Below, piece by piece: positions 15,730 to 16,150 of a stretch of DNA of 16,150 nucleotides (the stretch's first letter is position 1; the number at the start of each line of letters is the position of its first letter). The position numbers were made by a program, and so were the translations under genes. Under the pieces are notes generated by a model. The model made no database searches and was not told the origin of the DNA. It was given only the letters and a program-made list of their open reading frames with translations. The stretch is from Promethearchaeota archaeon (GTDB lineage: Archaea; Asgardarchaeota; Lokiarchaeia; Sigyniarchaeales; SOKP01), in NCBI GenBank assembly GCA_011364925.1, contig RDOA01000065.1, forward strand, positions 1 to 16,150, read 5' to 3'.

Positions 15730-16143
15730 TTAGCTTTGTTTATATTTTTGCAATGCTTCTTGCTTTCTATGCCTCAGACTGTCGAAATCATAATTTTGTT
15801 CGAAGAAAAAATCAAATGGGTCTTTTATATTCTCCACTAAGTGCTCTGAATAGAAGATTTCATACATATATCTGCCTTTGTTAGTTAATTTTACTATATT
15901 GTCATTTTCCATTCTCAATAGCCCTTGGTTTATTAAATTTTTAATTACAGAATTTATTCCTTTTTCTTTGAATAGATAAAGACCAAAATACGAAAAACTT
16001 GTATAAATCTCTTCGCTCTTCTTTAATGAAAGTTGAAATTTCTCGTTAAGCTCATTTAAAAGGATAGGTTTGGCGGTATTTTCAACTAAAACAGATAAAA
16101 TCCATTTATTGATATACTCCTCAAAATTTTCTTCATATGACAT
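15730..16143 (-). CDS. Hypothetical winged-helix domain protein (may extend beyond the window edge)
   Basis: INSVIKNLINQGLL...VKLTNKG is a wHTH recognition-helix/wing pattern. The frame stays open from the ATG to the window end. Confidence 0.55.
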   Translation of the reverse strand: MSYEENFEEYINKWILSVLVENTAKPILLNELNEKFQLSLKKSEEIYTSFSYFGLYLFKEKGINSVIKNLINQGLLRMENDNIVKLTNKGRYMYEIFYSEHLVENIKDPFDFFFEQNYDFDSLRHRKQEALQKYKQS

Positions 16144-16150
16144 TTGGAAT

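Noticed and set aside
1-16150. CRISPR array, tRNA/rRNA, transposase or integrase
   Set aside because: No regularly spaced direct repeats, cloverleaf or recombinase/transposase motifs were seen by eye, and the intergenic gaps are short.

Overview
AT-rich (roughly 30% GC by eye), gene-dense archaeal DNA, most likely from an Asgard archaeon, probably Lokiarchaeia. This rests on TATA-like boxes near starts, GGTGA/GGAGG Shine-Dalgarno sites, oligo-T terminators, a TrmB regulator and an IPGF-TM-basic C-terminal sorting tail; the taxonomy is inference. Left to right: non-phosphorylating GAPDH (gapN); a coupled pair of flavodoxin-fold flavoproteins; a DrrA-like ABC-2 exporter (ATPase plus 2 permeases) divergent from a TrmB regulator across a perfect 20-bp palindrome; a co-oriented run of a SAM methyltransferase (CpaM-like), a fused HgcAB-like corrinoid/membrane/2[4Fe-4S] protein with a non-canonical cap helix (NVWCGACG) and an F420-dependent Ddn-like reductase; a surface-anchored protein; a PNPOx-like protein; a 4-TM protein; two ICMT/PEMT-family membrane methyltransferases; another SAM methyltransferase; a sulfite-oxidase-family molybdoenzyme fused to a 4-His cytochrome b561-like domain; an uncalled 55-aa CxxC/HxxH protein; and a winged-helix protein. 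The best candidates for an undescribed system are the SAM-MTase + HgcAB-like fusion + F420 reductase module (corrinoid-dependent methyl transfer, acceptor unknown and probably not Hg) and the single-chain Mo-enzyme/di-heme fusion. No rRNA, tRNA, CRISPR array or mobile element was seen.
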